Shown here: positions 39,736 through 49,640 of the stretch, in pieces
Layout of the letters: each line of letters opens with the position of its first letter
How positions within the stretch are numbered: the stretch's first letter is position 1
Source: a candidate division CPR2 bacterium GW2011_GWC2_39_35
Lineage (GTDB): Bacteria > Patescibacteriota > CPR2
DNA length: 64,000 nucleotides
NCBI GenBank assembly: GCA_000995065.1
Contig: LBWX01000001.1
Coordinates: forward strand, 159,563 to 223,562
Reading direction: 5' to 3'
Position numbers and translations under genes: made by a program
Notes under the pieces: model-generated
Database searches by the model: none
Seen by the model: the letters and a program-made list of their open reading frames with translations, nothing else
What the model was told of the DNA's origin: nothing

Positions 39736-40224
39736 ATGAAAAACGACAGCGAAACAACTAAGAGAGTAACCACTCTTTGTACGGTTCTTAAAGATGATCA
39801 GATTCTTTTAGGCTTAAAGAAAAAAGGATTCGGCAAAGGTAAATGGAATGGTTTTGGCGGAAAAGTAGAAAAAGGGGAGAGTGTTTATGAAGCCGCCAAA
39901 CGAGAGTTAGAAGAAGAAATCTGCATAAAGGCTCGCGACATGACTAAGAGAGGCATTATTATTTTTGACGGCATGGACGAAGAAATTATTGAGGTTCACT
40001 TTTTTAGCCTGACAAAATTCGAAGGAACGCCCACCGAAACAAATGAAATGAAGCCAAAATGGTTTAACTTGAGCGACATTCCTGACAACAAAATGTGGCT
40101 AGGTGACCAATACTGGCTGCCAATGTTGCTCGAGGGAAAAAATTTTATAGGTATATTCTATTTCGACGGTCCGGATAAACTAATTGATTATAAACTGGAA
40201 GAAATAATAGACAAAGCTTCTTAA
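39736..40224 (+). CDS. Nudix hydrolase, MTH1/NUDT1-like (paralog of 17256-17705)
   Basis: GGKVEKGESVYEAAKRELEEEICI Nudix box. LGLKKKGFGKGKWNGFGG and MKPKWF...MWLGDQYWLP collinear with the other copy. Confidence 0.75.
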   Translation: MKNDSETTKRVTTLCTVLKDDQILLGLKKKGFGKGKWNGFGGKVEKGESVYEAAKRELEEEICIKARDMTKRGIIIFDGMDEEIIEVHFFSLTKFEGTPTETNEMKPKWFNLSDIPDNKMWLGDQYWLPMLLEGKNFIGIFYFDGPDKLIDYKLEEIIDKAS

Positions 40225-40423
40225 CCAGACCTTAACCTAACGCATGTCTAAATGGACATGCTGTTTTAAGCATAAGTTTTTCTTGACGTGGTTTAGGATT
40301 TTGACTAAACTATATGCTTGCAAAGAGGATATTCTAGAATTTTAACTGTAAAACAACTTTAACTGTTGCTGTAAATTCCTCCAAAATTTCAAAGGATTAT
40401 TTTCTTTTTTTCATAAAAATATA

Positions 40424-40452
40424 TTGACAAATAAACGAGAATAATGTACAAT
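40424..40452 (+). promoter_or_regulatory. near-consensus sigma70 promoter TTGACA-17 bp-TACAAT
   Basis: Direct reading. Confidence 0.5.
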
Positions 40453-40606
40453 ATTGGCTTTGAACGAGATGAAATGTTATAGAAATAGGCACTTTAAAAA
40501 ATAATGATCCCGAAAGTTAGGATTCAAACAAGCATAAGCCACTGTCATTGAAAAGGAGGCAAGAGACGCTACTAAGTACCACGCTCATCGCAATGTATAC
40601 AGTCTA

Positions 40607-40942
40607 TTGGAACAGGAGAATACAGTGTCAGTACTGAATAAAAATAAGAGCATTTTGATGGATCCGTACAGTAACTTGTTTTTGTATGCAAGCGCGCTGG
40701 CAACCACGGACCCCGTGAACAACACAATAAGAAATACTACACAAGTAGCGTTGGAAATTTTGGAAGATCGCAATCTTGACCCAAAAGGTCATGACATCTT
40801 CGAAGGTCCATTTTCGAAGGCGAGAAGAAACAGAAACAACGCCTTCGAAGCTACGATCGTTTATGTAGAAGCATTGGCTTCTCCAACGATCGTCACATAC
40901 GAGATGACAGCAATTGACAACCGCCGCCTCGTATTAGCATAG
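40607..40942 (+). CDS. hypothetical protein (TTG start, no convincing SD-start pair)
   Basis: 111-aa ORF ~150 nt downstream of the promoter. The GGAGG at 40553 is not followed by a start codon. Confidence 0.3.
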   Translation: MEQENTVSVLNKNKSILMDPYSNLFLYASALATTDPVNNTIRNTTQVALEILEDRNLDPKGHDIFEGPFSKARRNRNNAFEATIVYVEALASPTIVTYEMTAIDNRRLVLA

Positions 40943-40957
40943 ACAGACAAAAGTCCA

Positions 40958-41056
40958 GGGGATGATGAGAAGAAAAATAAAAAAGAATTTGCAATCGCAT
41001 ATTGATTGTAGAAAGTTCGTTCTTTCTTTATCTTCTCGTCCCCTGGCAATACCCTT
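40958..41056. repeat. long imperfect inverted repeat (CCAGGGGATGATGAGAAGAAA ... TTTCTTTATCTTCTCGTCCCCTGG) forming a ~25-bp-stem hairpin
   Basis: Direct reading downstream of the 111-aa ORF. Confidence 0.5.
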
Positions 41057-41129
41057 CAAGACACCGTTAAAGCGGGCTTTTTTTATTTATAAAGAAATGT
41101 TATTTTAAACTTAAGAAAGCGGTAAGAAT

Positions 41130-41591
41130 ATGCTCATCAAATTGAAAAATCTAAAACAACTTCAGGACGATAAGACTATTTTTACCTCCGGCGCTTTTGA
41201 TATTTTACATGTCGGACATATCGCTCACTTTAGATACATCAAAGAATGTTGCCCAAATCATAAGTTGGTTGTCGGTGTCCTATCCGATAAGAGAATAAGA
41301 GTTAAAAAAGGAGCAAAGAGGCCAATCATGAGCGAGAGTCAAAGGCTTGCCATGATTGACGCTATAAAATATGTCGATTACTCTTTTATTGTACCGACTA
41401 CAAAAAAGGGGGGAGACAATACCCTAAGAATAGTTAATTTACTAAAACCAGAATACGTAGCCGTGTTACCATACTGGAAAAAAAGAGAAAAAAAACTTAT
41501 AAACACCAATACCAAACTCATAATAAGCAAAATTGGCCCAAGACAATCATCCACAAAAATAATAGAAAAGATTGTAAAGCTTTTTGCCTGA
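41130..41591 (+). CDS. HxGH-type nucleotidyltransferase (cytidylyl/adenylyltransferase-like)
   Basis: FTSGAFDILHVGHIAHF motif. 153 aa. Confidence 0.6.
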   Translation: MLIKLKNLKQLQDDKTIFTSGAFDILHVGHIAHFRYIKECCPNHKLVVGVLSDKRIRVKKGAKRPIMSESQRLAMIDAIKYVDYSFIVPTTKKGGDNTLRIVNLLKPEYVAVLPYWKKREKKLINTNTKLIISKIGPRQSSTKIIEKIVKLFA

Positions 41592-41835
41592 ACCGCCCTC
41601 ACTTTTAAAATAAAGAACCCATAATCGTCATCCTGAACTTGTTTCATGCCTCCTGTTCTACAACTGGGGAGACTCTGAAACGAGTTCAGAATGACGGCGG
41701 TAAGAGTGGTAAAGCTTTTTTGCTAGAAATAACAAACATTAGAGTTTAATTTATCTAAATATTTGGTAAAAGCATAAGGCAAATTATAATCCCAAGGCTT
41801 AAGATGTGTCTAGGATTCTTTAATTTGGAGAACTT

Positions 41836-42273
41836 ATGAATAGAAAAATGACTTTAATCGTAATCGGAGGATTATTTATTCTTGGAGTATTTATTTATAT
41901 AAATAATCTGAAGTCTAAAAAATACCCTGACCTAAATCTTGGTAGTGGAGCCGAAGAACAAGAAAAAACGTCAGCTCCATCAGAGACACCAAGGCATACC
42001 GAAGAACCTAAAACATCTAGAGGAGGCACTACTAAAGTAAAGCTCTCCTTGTCGCCAAATCAAAATACTAAAATTTCGATAACTACAAATGGCGAACTAA
42101 CCTTAAACAACAATGATGGAGAGCAACATTCCATAATTTCAGATCATCCTAAGCTAAATGGCAATGTTATAAATCCTGGCGACTCCCTAAAAGTGGTTTT
42201 TAGCGAAACGGGAGAGTTTGAGTATTACTGCAAGAACCATCCAGAAGAAAATGGCAAGATAATAGTCAAATAA
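41836..42273 (+). CDS. hypothetical secreted/anchored protein with cupredoxin-like C-terminal motif (YYCKNHPEENGK)
   Basis: N-terminal TM/signal segment. C-terminal Cys-x2-His motif. Confidence 0.35.
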   Translation: MNRKMTLIVIGGLFILGVFIYINNLKSKKYPDLNLGSGAEEQEKTSAPSETPRHTEEPKTSRGGTTKVKLSLSPNQNTKISITTNGELTLNNNDGEQHSIISDHPKLNGNVINPGDSLKVVFSETGEFEYYCKNHPEENGKIIVK

Positions 42274-42648
42274 TACTCCCAACCCGTTATAATAGAGTTG
42301 TTATCTAGGATCATTTATGAAGAAAGCGCCGCTTTTGTTTTTTTCCAAAACCGACTGGACGCTTATTGTCTTAAGCTTTGCGGTTTCCCTATATTTGTAT
42401 CCTTCGCTTTCAGACATTGGAATATAGAAAGCGAAACCGACGCTTGGGGCCCTAAACTTTATTCTTTAATCTCAATGCCAATTATTGCCACCGTTATTTT
42501 GACTCTGATAGCATATTTACCCAAGCCAAACCCTTTTTATTCTTATCAAGTTTGGAAAAAGGATAAGAAAAAATAAGCATGTAAATAACATCGGCACCAT
42601 TATTATCATATTTGGCATACTGATTAGGATAATATATAATACTATTCA

Positions 42649-43584
42649 ATGGTAACAGAGGACATTATGAATACAGTAATCAAAGTAGAAAAGCTAGTTA
42701 AAGAGTACAAAGGCCTAACTGCAGTAAAGGGGATTTCTTTTGAGGTTAAAAAGGGCGAAATCTTTGGCTTGCTTGGAGAAAATGGCGCCGGCAAGACCAC
42801 CACTTTGGAAATGATAGAGGGCCTTAGAAAACCTACCTCCGGGGAAATCTCGGTTTTGGGACATAACGTTAGAAATGAGATTTCTGAGATTAAAGAGAGA
42901 ATTGGCGTCCAGCTTCAATCATCAGCTTATTACAACTATCTAACCTTAAAAGAGATTTTAAGCCTCTTTGGAAGTTTTTACACTGAAAGCCTAGACCCGG
43001 ATGATCTTTTAAAAATGGTAGATCTTGAGGAAAAAGCTGGAGCAACCGTAAACAACCTCTCCGGCGGCCAAAAACAAAGGTTTTCTATTGTTGCAAGCTT
43101 AGTGAATGACCCCGAAATTGTCTTCTTAGACGAGCCAACAACCGGCCTGGACCCCATGGCCAGAAGAAATCTTTGGGATATTATTACAAAGATTAAAGCC
43201 AAAGGAAAAACTATTATCCTAACTACTCATTACCTAGAAGAGGCCGAGATGCTTTGCGATAGAATTGCCATCATGGAAAAGGGTGAAATTTTGATGATGG
43301 GCAAAACGCACGAACTTATAGAGAGCACCAAAAATCCCTTCAAAACAACTTTTATCGCCACAAGCCTCTCAAAAGAAACTCTAAAAGAGCTGGAAGGGCT
43401 AGGAGAAGTTAATGAGCTCGCCGGGAAGTCGCACCACTTTGAGATGATGCTAAAGACTCAGGTCAACCTAAATAAAGCTATAAAGATCGTCCAGAAACTA
43501 GAACCCGAAAGTATAACAGTGGGGAGATCTACCTTAGAAGATTTGTTTATAGAATTAACCGGTAAAAGAATAGGTGGGGAATAA
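42649..43584 (+). CDS. ABC transporter ATP-binding protein
   Basis: Walker A GENGAGKTT, signature LSGGQKQR, Walker B FLDEPT. Confidence 0.85.
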   Translation: MVTEDIMNTVIKVEKLVKEYKGLTAVKGISFEVKKGEIFGLLGENGAGKTTTLEMIEGLRKPTSGEISVLGHNVRNEISEIKERIGVQLQSSAYYNYLTLKEILSLFGSFYTESLDPDDLLKMVDLEEKAGATVNNLSGGQKQRFSIVASLVNDPEIVFLDEPTTGLDPMARRNLWDIITKIKAKGKTIILTTHYLEEAEMLCDRIAIMEKGEILMMGKTHELIESTKNPFKTTFIATSLSKETLKELEGLGEVNELAGKSHHFEMMLKTQVNLNKAIKIVQKLEPESITVGRSTLEDLFIELTGKRIGGE

Positions 43585-44665
43585 TATGAAAAAACTACTA
43601 CTTGCCGATATCAAAATGCTTCTTAGAAGCAAGCAAACTCTTTTTTGGTCTCTTATGTTTCCCCTGATGTTTACTTTTATATTCGGTTCCTTCTTTGGAA
43701 AGGGTAATAACAGCGTCGGAACTGTTGCCTTAATTAACGAGTCAAACACAGAACTGGCTAAAAGTTTTGATAAAGCCGCTAGGGATTCGGGGATATTCAC
43801 AATTAAAGATGATATTAACGTTGAAGAAGCAAAAAAACTAATTGGGAAAGATCAGCTTTCCGGAGCTATAGTTATTCCAAAAGGATTCGGTGAACAAAAG
43901 CCAGATGCTCCAAAAAATATAAAGGTTGTCTACGATCCAGCCGGCCAAGCCGGAAGAACACTCATCGGCTTTACGAACCAATTTTTAACGGCCGCTAATC
44001 TTGAGATCCAACAGGCTAAACCTATATTTTCGGTAGAGGAAGAGAAAACCAACACGAAACAATTTGGATATTTCGACTTTATCCTAATGGGTCTTATCGG
44101 CATGGCCCTAATGAATTCCTCCATTCAAGGAATGTCTATTGCTATGAGCAAATATAGGGAAGACAAAATCTTAAAGCGACTTACTACTACACCGCTAAAG
44201 GTTTGGCATTTTATTGCGGCCGAAGTAACATCTAGGCTTCTAGTAAATGTGATCCAAGTAACACTTATTTTGCTTGTTGGTTTTTATATGTTTGACGCCC
44301 ATATAAACGGAAGTATTTTTCTTATTTATGTTTTAGCGCTGCTTGGCGCTCTACTGTTTCAGTCCATCGGATTTGTTATTGCCGGACTCTCCAAGACAAC
44401 AAATGCAGCCGAAGGCATGTCTACTGCCATCGCCATTCCGATGATGTTTTTATCCGGCGTCTTTTTTCCGATAGATCAGCTGCCTAAATGGCTATATTCT
44501 ATTGTTCAGTATCTACCATTAGCGCCGCTCCTTCGAACAATGAGATCAGTCGCCCTAGAAGACGCTTCGCCATTTGCAAATCCCAGCAATCTTATACTAG
44601 TAATTGTCTGGGTTGTAGCCGCTTTAATAATTGCTGCATACAAATTTCGCTTAGCTGACGAGTAA
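43574..44665 (+). CDS. ABC-2 family transporter permease
   Basis: Six TM segments. Overlaps the ATPase stop. Confidence 0.75.
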   Translation: MGNNMKKLLLADIKMLLRSKQTLFWSLMFPLMFTFIFGSFFGKGNNSVGTVALINESNTELAKSFDKAARDSGIFTIKDDINVEEAKKLIGKDQLSGAIVIPKGFGEQKPDAPKNIKVVYDPAGQAGRTLIGFTNQFLTAANLEIQQAKPIFSVEEEKTNTKQFGYFDFILMGLIGMALMNSSIQGMSIAMSKYREDKILKRLTTTPLKVWHFIAAEVTSRLLVNVIQVTLILLVGFYMFDAHINGSIFLIYVLALLGALLFQSIGFVIAGLSKTTNAAEGMSTAIAIPMMFLSGVFFPIDQLPKWLYSIVQYLPLAPLLRTMRSVALEDASPFANPSNLILVIVWVVAALIIAAYKFRLADE

Positions 44666-44671
44666 ACAAAA

Positions 44672-44752
44672 AGAAAAACAGTTTCATTCTTACTGAGACA
44701 TTGTAATAAATTACAATATTAAAGTCTCAGTAAGATAAAAACTGCTTTACTT
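44672..44752 (+). terminator. large hairpin (stem TTACTGAGAC/GTCTCAGTAA, palindromic loop ATTGTAAT..ATTACAAT) after the ABC operon
   Basis: Direct reading. Confidence 0.45.
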
Positions 44753-45748
44753 GTCGTGGGTGGATTTAATAACAGGCTACGACAAAGCCACTCCTGTGTG
44801 CCTGATCTTAAAATCGCCATGCTTCCCTTTTCTTTTGATGGCTCTTGCCATAGAAATATTCGTTTCAACAGGTTTTTTTTGAGAGTTTAAGAGGATACAA
44901 TCTCTCTTTGGTTCGCCTATGCCTCGTCTGTCTTTACCCATAAAACCATCCCTCTAAGTCCAGAGATTCTTATATTATTAGTTAGTCATCATTGCACGTA
45001 CCCTAAGCTTTTTACTTCTGTTTCGGCTGTCATTTCTTCAAAATGCCAATTGACACAAGATCTAGATCTTCTCTTCGCCTCGTTTTTCGTTATATTAGCC
45101 TTAATTACTCTGCCCGAGCCATTGACCACTTGCCAATTACCTTTTCGTCTACTCCTAGGTTCTCCTGCCAAAACACACCTCCGCTTTCTGCCAATACCGA
45201 CATTACAATTTCTAGCTAAACTGTGTTTGATAAATATGACTTGCTGCGAATTTAAAAGGTGCTCTTTCTCTTTTTTGTAAGTTAAGGGAATTTTAGATCA
45301 TAAGCGGTTTTCAGTCAAGCGAAATATAACCTCAAAACAATTAAAAAAACTACCAGAACCTTTATGCTAAAAAACATGAGCATCGCAATGCTCGTTCTGG
45401 TAGTCCTTCTATCGTCGATTCTTAAATTCCTCATTTGCAAGTGATTATGCCCGGTAATGGCAACCATGATCTTTTAAGGATTCGATCCCATTTCTTGCGC
45501 AGTAATTCTATAAGCTCTCTAACTCCGCCCGGCATAAAATGTGGCACCTCCTTTAGCAAATATACATTTTTTTGAATCGATCTCCTCAATCCGATTAATC
45601 TATCAAGCCTCCAACAGAAACGGTTTTACTCAAATTTTAAGTTACACTACAACCGATAAGTAGTCAACTTTAAATAAAGTCTATAAAAAACACTCTTTTC
45701 AAAATTTTTCACCTATGTATAATCAACCAAGATAACTTAGGAGAACGT

Positions 45749-46192
45749 ATGAAAATTGGTCTTTTGGTCGTAGGCGTAGCTTTGGTTTTAGGAATGATTT
45801 TCGTCTTCCAAAGCCAGACAAAAAATACAAAAAAAGCTCACAACAACAGCGAAAAAGAGGAGAAAACGGTGTCTAATTACAAAAATGTAAATACTAAAGA
45901 ATTTGATGAACTTTTAAAGGATGGCAACGTCCTAATAGTCGATGTCAGGACTCAAACGGAATATGATTCCGGCCGCATTAGAGATGCTAAATTGATACCG
46001 ATAGATGCATTTGATAAAACGTTGGATAAAGAACCTTTAGCTAAAGGTAAAAAGATTCTTATATATTGTCATAGCGGCAACCGAAGCCGAACTGCCGCCG
46101 CCAGCTTAGTTTTAAGAGGCTATGAGGAAGTCTATAACCTTCAATACGGCATCACGGAATGGGAACAAGCCGGAATGACGGTGGAAAAATAG
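45749..46192 (+). CDS. membrane-anchored rhodanese-domain sulfurtransferase
   Basis: N-terminal TM helix. Rhodanese active-site loop CHSGNRS. Confidence 0.7.
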   Translation: MKIGLLVVGVALVLGMIFVFQSQTKNTKKAHNNSEKEEKTVSNYKNVNTKEFDELLKDGNVLIVDVRTQTEYDSGRIRDAKLIPIDAFDKTLDKEPLAKGKKILIYCHSGNRSRTAAASLVLRGYEEVYNLQYGITEWEQAGMTVEK

Positions 46193-46366
46193 GCAACTAA
46201 TATCTTATTTTTAATTGACTTAATTGATCTAAAAAATCCCAATTCATACAATGACTAAAAGTTAGAATTAGAAACTTAGACATTAGACATTGATTAGAAA
46301 TTAGTAATTAGAGCAATTAGAAATTCCTATATTCTAAAGCTATGGTTTTGGTTTTAGACTTAGGGC

Positions 46367-46702
46367 TTAGCTTACTCTCTCAAAAGTAATAATCGAGACC
46401 AGGCTTCTGTCGCCGAGATAATTCGGATACTCTCTTTCGAGATACTCTTCGATCTCGTCAATCTTCTCGAAACCAATATCAACCAGGTCTTCTTTTTTTA
46501 GTTCCTCGGAGCGCTTAACTATCACTTCTAAAACCTGAAGAGAGCCAACTTTATCCCTCGAAATATCATCTAGCAGATCAGTTGTAGCGCACATCTCGCA
46601 AACTCGATAACCCTTTTTAATAACTGTCATCTGGTCGCCAACTTTTAAGTTCGCCGGATTTTTAATACCAATTCCATAATTAAATTCAACCTTTTGGGCC
46701 AT
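46367..46702 (-). CDS. hypothetical protein (possible PUA/ASCH-like beta-barrel)
   Basis: 111-aa ORF. Weak resemblance only. Confidence 0.35.
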   Translation of the reverse strand: MAQKVEFNYGIGIKNPANLKVGDQMTVIKKGYRVCEMCATTDLLDDISRDKVGSLQVLEVIVKRSEELKKEDLVDIGFEKIDEIEEYLEREYPNYLGDRSLVSIITFERVS

Positions 46703-46888
46703 TTTTACTCCTGTTACTAGGAATTAATTTATCACTCAACGGTTGCCAATGCAAGAGTTCGAATTTTCTTAAAGCAAGAACTCCTCCAAAAAAATCTATA
46801 TTTTAAACACTTTTTTTATTACTAAACAATGAGGCATCAAAAAAACAATCATACTAAAATAAAAGAAGCGTAAATAAAGGCAACATAA

Positions 46889-47077
46889 ATGATTTCTTCT
46901 TCAGAAATTGCTGGAATTTTAGAAAGAACAGATTTTCCAAAATCAAGGAGCGAGATTATTAAAATTGCAAAAGACAAAAAAGCAAGCAATGAAATAATAA
47001 ACGTTCTAAATACCTTGCCGAACAAACAGTATAATTCACTGGCAGGCATTTGGGACGCAATAGGGGAGGTAGAATAA
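46889..47077 (+). CDS. DUF2795-like small protein
   Basis: DFPKSRSEII..A...AS.EIINVLNTLPNKQYNS pattern typical of DUF2795. Confidence 0.5.
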   Translation: MISSSEIAGILERTDFPKSRSEIIKIAKDKKASNEIINVLNTLPNKQYNSLAGIWDAIGEVE

Positions 47078-47412
47078 TGGCTGAAAAAGTGCTTAAAAAA
47101 GAAGAGTGGAAAGAATATCTATCGGATTTTTCATCCAACTACCAAACTCGTTATTCAACCTTGAGCGTAGAGGAGCCAGGATTAGAGGAAACCGTCATTT
47201 TCGAAGCCTTGCCGCTAATAGCTATTGAACCGGACCTAAAAAATCGAACGCCCCATATCGAAATAATCGCAGGCGACCTAGCCGGAGAAAATCCGGATAA
47301 TATTACTCATACGATTAATAATCCTCAGGAAATAACGGTTGATGAAAATGATGGAGTGGAAAATATCATTATAATAACGGAAGAGGGAAGAATTACATTA
47401 GAAATTATTTAG
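47077..47412 (+). CDS. hypothetical acidic protein
   Basis: ATG at 47077 overlaps the previous stop. The track ORF from 47050 is probably over-extended. Confidence 0.4.
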   Translation: MAEKVLKKEEWKEYLSDFSSNYQTRYSTLSVEEPGLEETVIFEALPLIAIEPDLKNRTPHIEIIAGDLAGENPDNITHTINNPQEITVDENDGVENIIIITEEGRITLEII

Positions 47413-47419
47413 AAAGGGG

Positions 47420-47689
47420 GTGAAAAATATGTTAAATCTTCTTGCTTGGATGTTGCTTGGCTTAATTGCCGGCTGGATTGCTGACTTGATTGTTCCGGGA
47501 GAGGCTCCTGGTGGACTCATTGGAACAATAATTATCGGTATCGTCGGTGCTGTGCTTGGCGGCTTTATCTTTCAGGCCCTAGGAGGGCCCGGCATAACTG
47601 GACCATTAAGTCTAACAAGCATTCTTGTGGCTGCGCTTGGTGCAATAATCCTGCTCTTTATCGTAAGATACTTTACAAAAGCAACGTAA
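47420..47689 (+). CDS. GlsB/YeaQ/YmgE-family stress-response membrane protein
   Basis: LLGLIAGWIADLIVPG ... IIGIVGAVLGGFIF glycine-zipper TM signature. Confidence 0.7.
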   Translation: MKNMLNLLAWMLLGLIAGWIADLIVPGEAPGGLIGTIIIGIVGAVLGGFIFQALGGPGITGPLSLTSILVAALGAIILLFIVRYFTKAT

Positions 47690-47760
47690 AGTATAAGAAA
47701 AGAAAGTGCTCCGCAGATTCCGATGTGGGGCACTTTGATAATAACTAATGAATAAAAAAT

Positions 47761-48390
47761 ATGTTCAAAAATAGAGTTGAGGCCGGCAAAGAACTGGCCT
47801 CTCATTTACTTAAATATAAAAGTGAAAATGGTATAGTCTTGGGGCTTCCTCGAGGTGGGGTAGTACCGGCCTGCAAAGTTGCCAAGGCTTTAAATTGGCC
47901 TTTAGATGTTTTTATTTCCCGAAAAATTACGGCTCCTCTTAATCCTGAATATGCCATTGGCGCCATAACCGAAAATGGCTTACTAGAATTAAACGACGAG
48001 TTAATTTCTGAATTGCCGGACATCGATGCGGAATATATCGCTCATGAGATTAAACATCAGAAAGAAGAAATAGCCCGCAGAAAGGAATTGTTTAGAAATG
48101 GGCGAGATCTACCAGATTTAAAGAAAAAAACCGTTATCTTGGTAGATGATGGCGTGGCTACCGGCTTTACTCTGCTTGCCGCCATCAACTCTCTTAGGAA
48201 GTTAGGAGCAAAAAAGATAATAGCCGCCGTTCCGATAGTTCCAAAGGAGATAAAAAAGGCTTTTAACGAAAAAGTCGATCAATTTATTGCCCTAAAAACG
48301 CCGGAAGTTTTTTTTGCTGTCGGGGAGTTTTATGAAGAATTTCCTCAAGTAGAAGATGAGGAAGTTATAAAAATCCTTCAAAAAAAATAA
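47761..48390 (+). CDS. phosphoribosyltransferase-domain protein
   Basis: PRPP-binding motif VILVDDGVATGFT. Confidence 0.7.
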   Translation: MFKNRVEAGKELASHLLKYKSENGIVLGLPRGGVVPACKVAKALNWPLDVFISRKITAPLNPEYAIGAITENGLLELNDELISELPDIDAEYIAHEIKHQKEEIARRKELFRNGRDLPDLKKKTVILVDDGVATGFTLLAAINSLRKLGAKKIIAAVPIVPKEIKKAFNEKVDQFIALKTPEVFFAVGEFYEEFPQVEDEEVIKILQKK

Positions 48391-48403
48391 ACGTTTTGCT
48401 AAG

Positions 48404-49564
48404 ATGGTAATGCTTATGAAAAAAATAACACCATCTTGGCTTATCTCGATATTTTTGATAATTGGCTGCCTCGCAGCCACAACTTTTCTTATAAAAAAAG
48501 AACTCACCAAACCAAATGCTTCTAAGCTAATGGGGTCTATTTCAGCCGAAGAACTAAAGGCTAAAATCGACCGTAAGGATTTTTTCTACCTAATTGACGG
48601 GAGAGGTACTACCGAATACACCTTGGAGCATATTCCCGGCGCCGTGAATATAACACCAAATGAGGTCCCCGAAAAAACAAAGGCTTTTACTAAAGACAGC
48701 GAGATTGTAGTATATTGCGAATTTAGATGCGGCATTGCTAAAGAGATAAAGGATAAACTAGCCAGTTTGGATTTTAATAACGTAAGAATTTATAATGAGG
48801 GTGTGCCCGGCTGGCAAGAAAAAGGCTACAAAACCGCAAAGGGTGACGAAAAAAGTCTCATAAATTTATCTGCCAGATATTCGACCGCGCCCTTAATACT
48901 TATCGCCGGACTTACGGACGGCATTAATCCTTGCGCTATCGGAATGCTTCTTTTTTTGTTGGGTTATTTAATTATCTTTGCCGAAAGGCCAGAAAAAAGC
49001 CTTGGCATCGGTGTTTCTTACATTGCGACTACTTACATAGCATATTTCCTCTTGGGACTAGTTTTGCTCAACTCCCTATATAGCATTACAGGATCAACCG
49101 GATTCACTTTAATCTCCAAACTGATCAACTTTTTAATTATTGGCATCCTTTTCGGAGCCGCCGTTATAAATATTAAAGATTATTTTGCTTACGGAAAGGG
49201 GCTTAGCCTTCAGATACCTAAATCAGTCAGGGGCAAGCTTCAAAAGGTGGTGGAAATGGCCACGATTCCCTCAACTATCATCTTAGCCTTTTTAGTCACT
49301 TTTTTTGAATCTCCCTGCTCGCTGCCGGTGTATGTTGGCACCTTAAAAATACTAAGAGAAACTTATTCTTCAGTTGAAGCATTAATATATCTGGGTCTTT
49401 ATAATTTTATGTTCGTTCTGCCGCTCATCATCCTCTTAATTGTAGTTTTAAGAGGCGAACAGATGGTTTTTATCAAGGAATGGGAACACAAGAATAAGAA
49501 AAAAATGAAGCTTGCTATGGGAATAGCACAGTTAATTATTGCCGGATGGATATTGGTGATGTAA
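48404..49564 (+). CDS. fusion of a periplasmic-type rhodanese domain with a DsbD/CcdA-like thiol-disulfide transmembrane domain
   Basis: Rhodanese loop YCEFRCG. Membrane-embedded Cys motifs GINPCAIG and ESPCSLPVY in TM helices. Confidence 0.55.
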   Translation: MVMLMKKITPSWLISIFLIIGCLAATTFLIKKELTKPNASKLMGSISAEELKAKIDRKDFFYLIDGRGTTEYTLEHIPGAVNITPNEVPEKTKAFTKDSEIVVYCEFRCGIAKEIKDKLASLDFNNVRIYNEGVPGWQEKGYKTAKGDEKSLINLSARYSTAPLILIAGLTDGINPCAIGMLLFLLGYLIIFAERPEKSLGIGVSYIATTYIAYFLLGLVLLNSLYSITGSTGFTLISKLINFLIIGILFGAAVINIKDYFAYGKGLSLQIPKSVRGKLQKVVEMATIPSTIILAFLVTFFESPCSLPVYVGTLKILRETYSSVEALIYLGLYNFMFVLPLIILLIVVLRGEQMVFIKEWEHKNKKKMKLAMGIAQLIIAGWILVM

Positions 49565-49640
49565 TGGAAGGAAATTATTTTTCTGCTCTCCAGCCTAATA
49601 ATCTTGATTTGAAATCATCCTTATGCTAGCGTAAGACTAC

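Noticed and set aside
41378-41647. 89-aa minus-strand ORF with AGGAGG-ATG
   Set aside because: It lies antisense within the nucleotidyltransferase gene, and its start sits inside a large terminator hairpin (41596-41700). Judged spurious, though the hairpin itself is real.
42298-42576. 92-aa ORF between the cupredoxin-like gene and the ABC operon
   Set aside because: No SD and odd composition. Kept out of the feature list, though a small membrane protein cannot be excluded.
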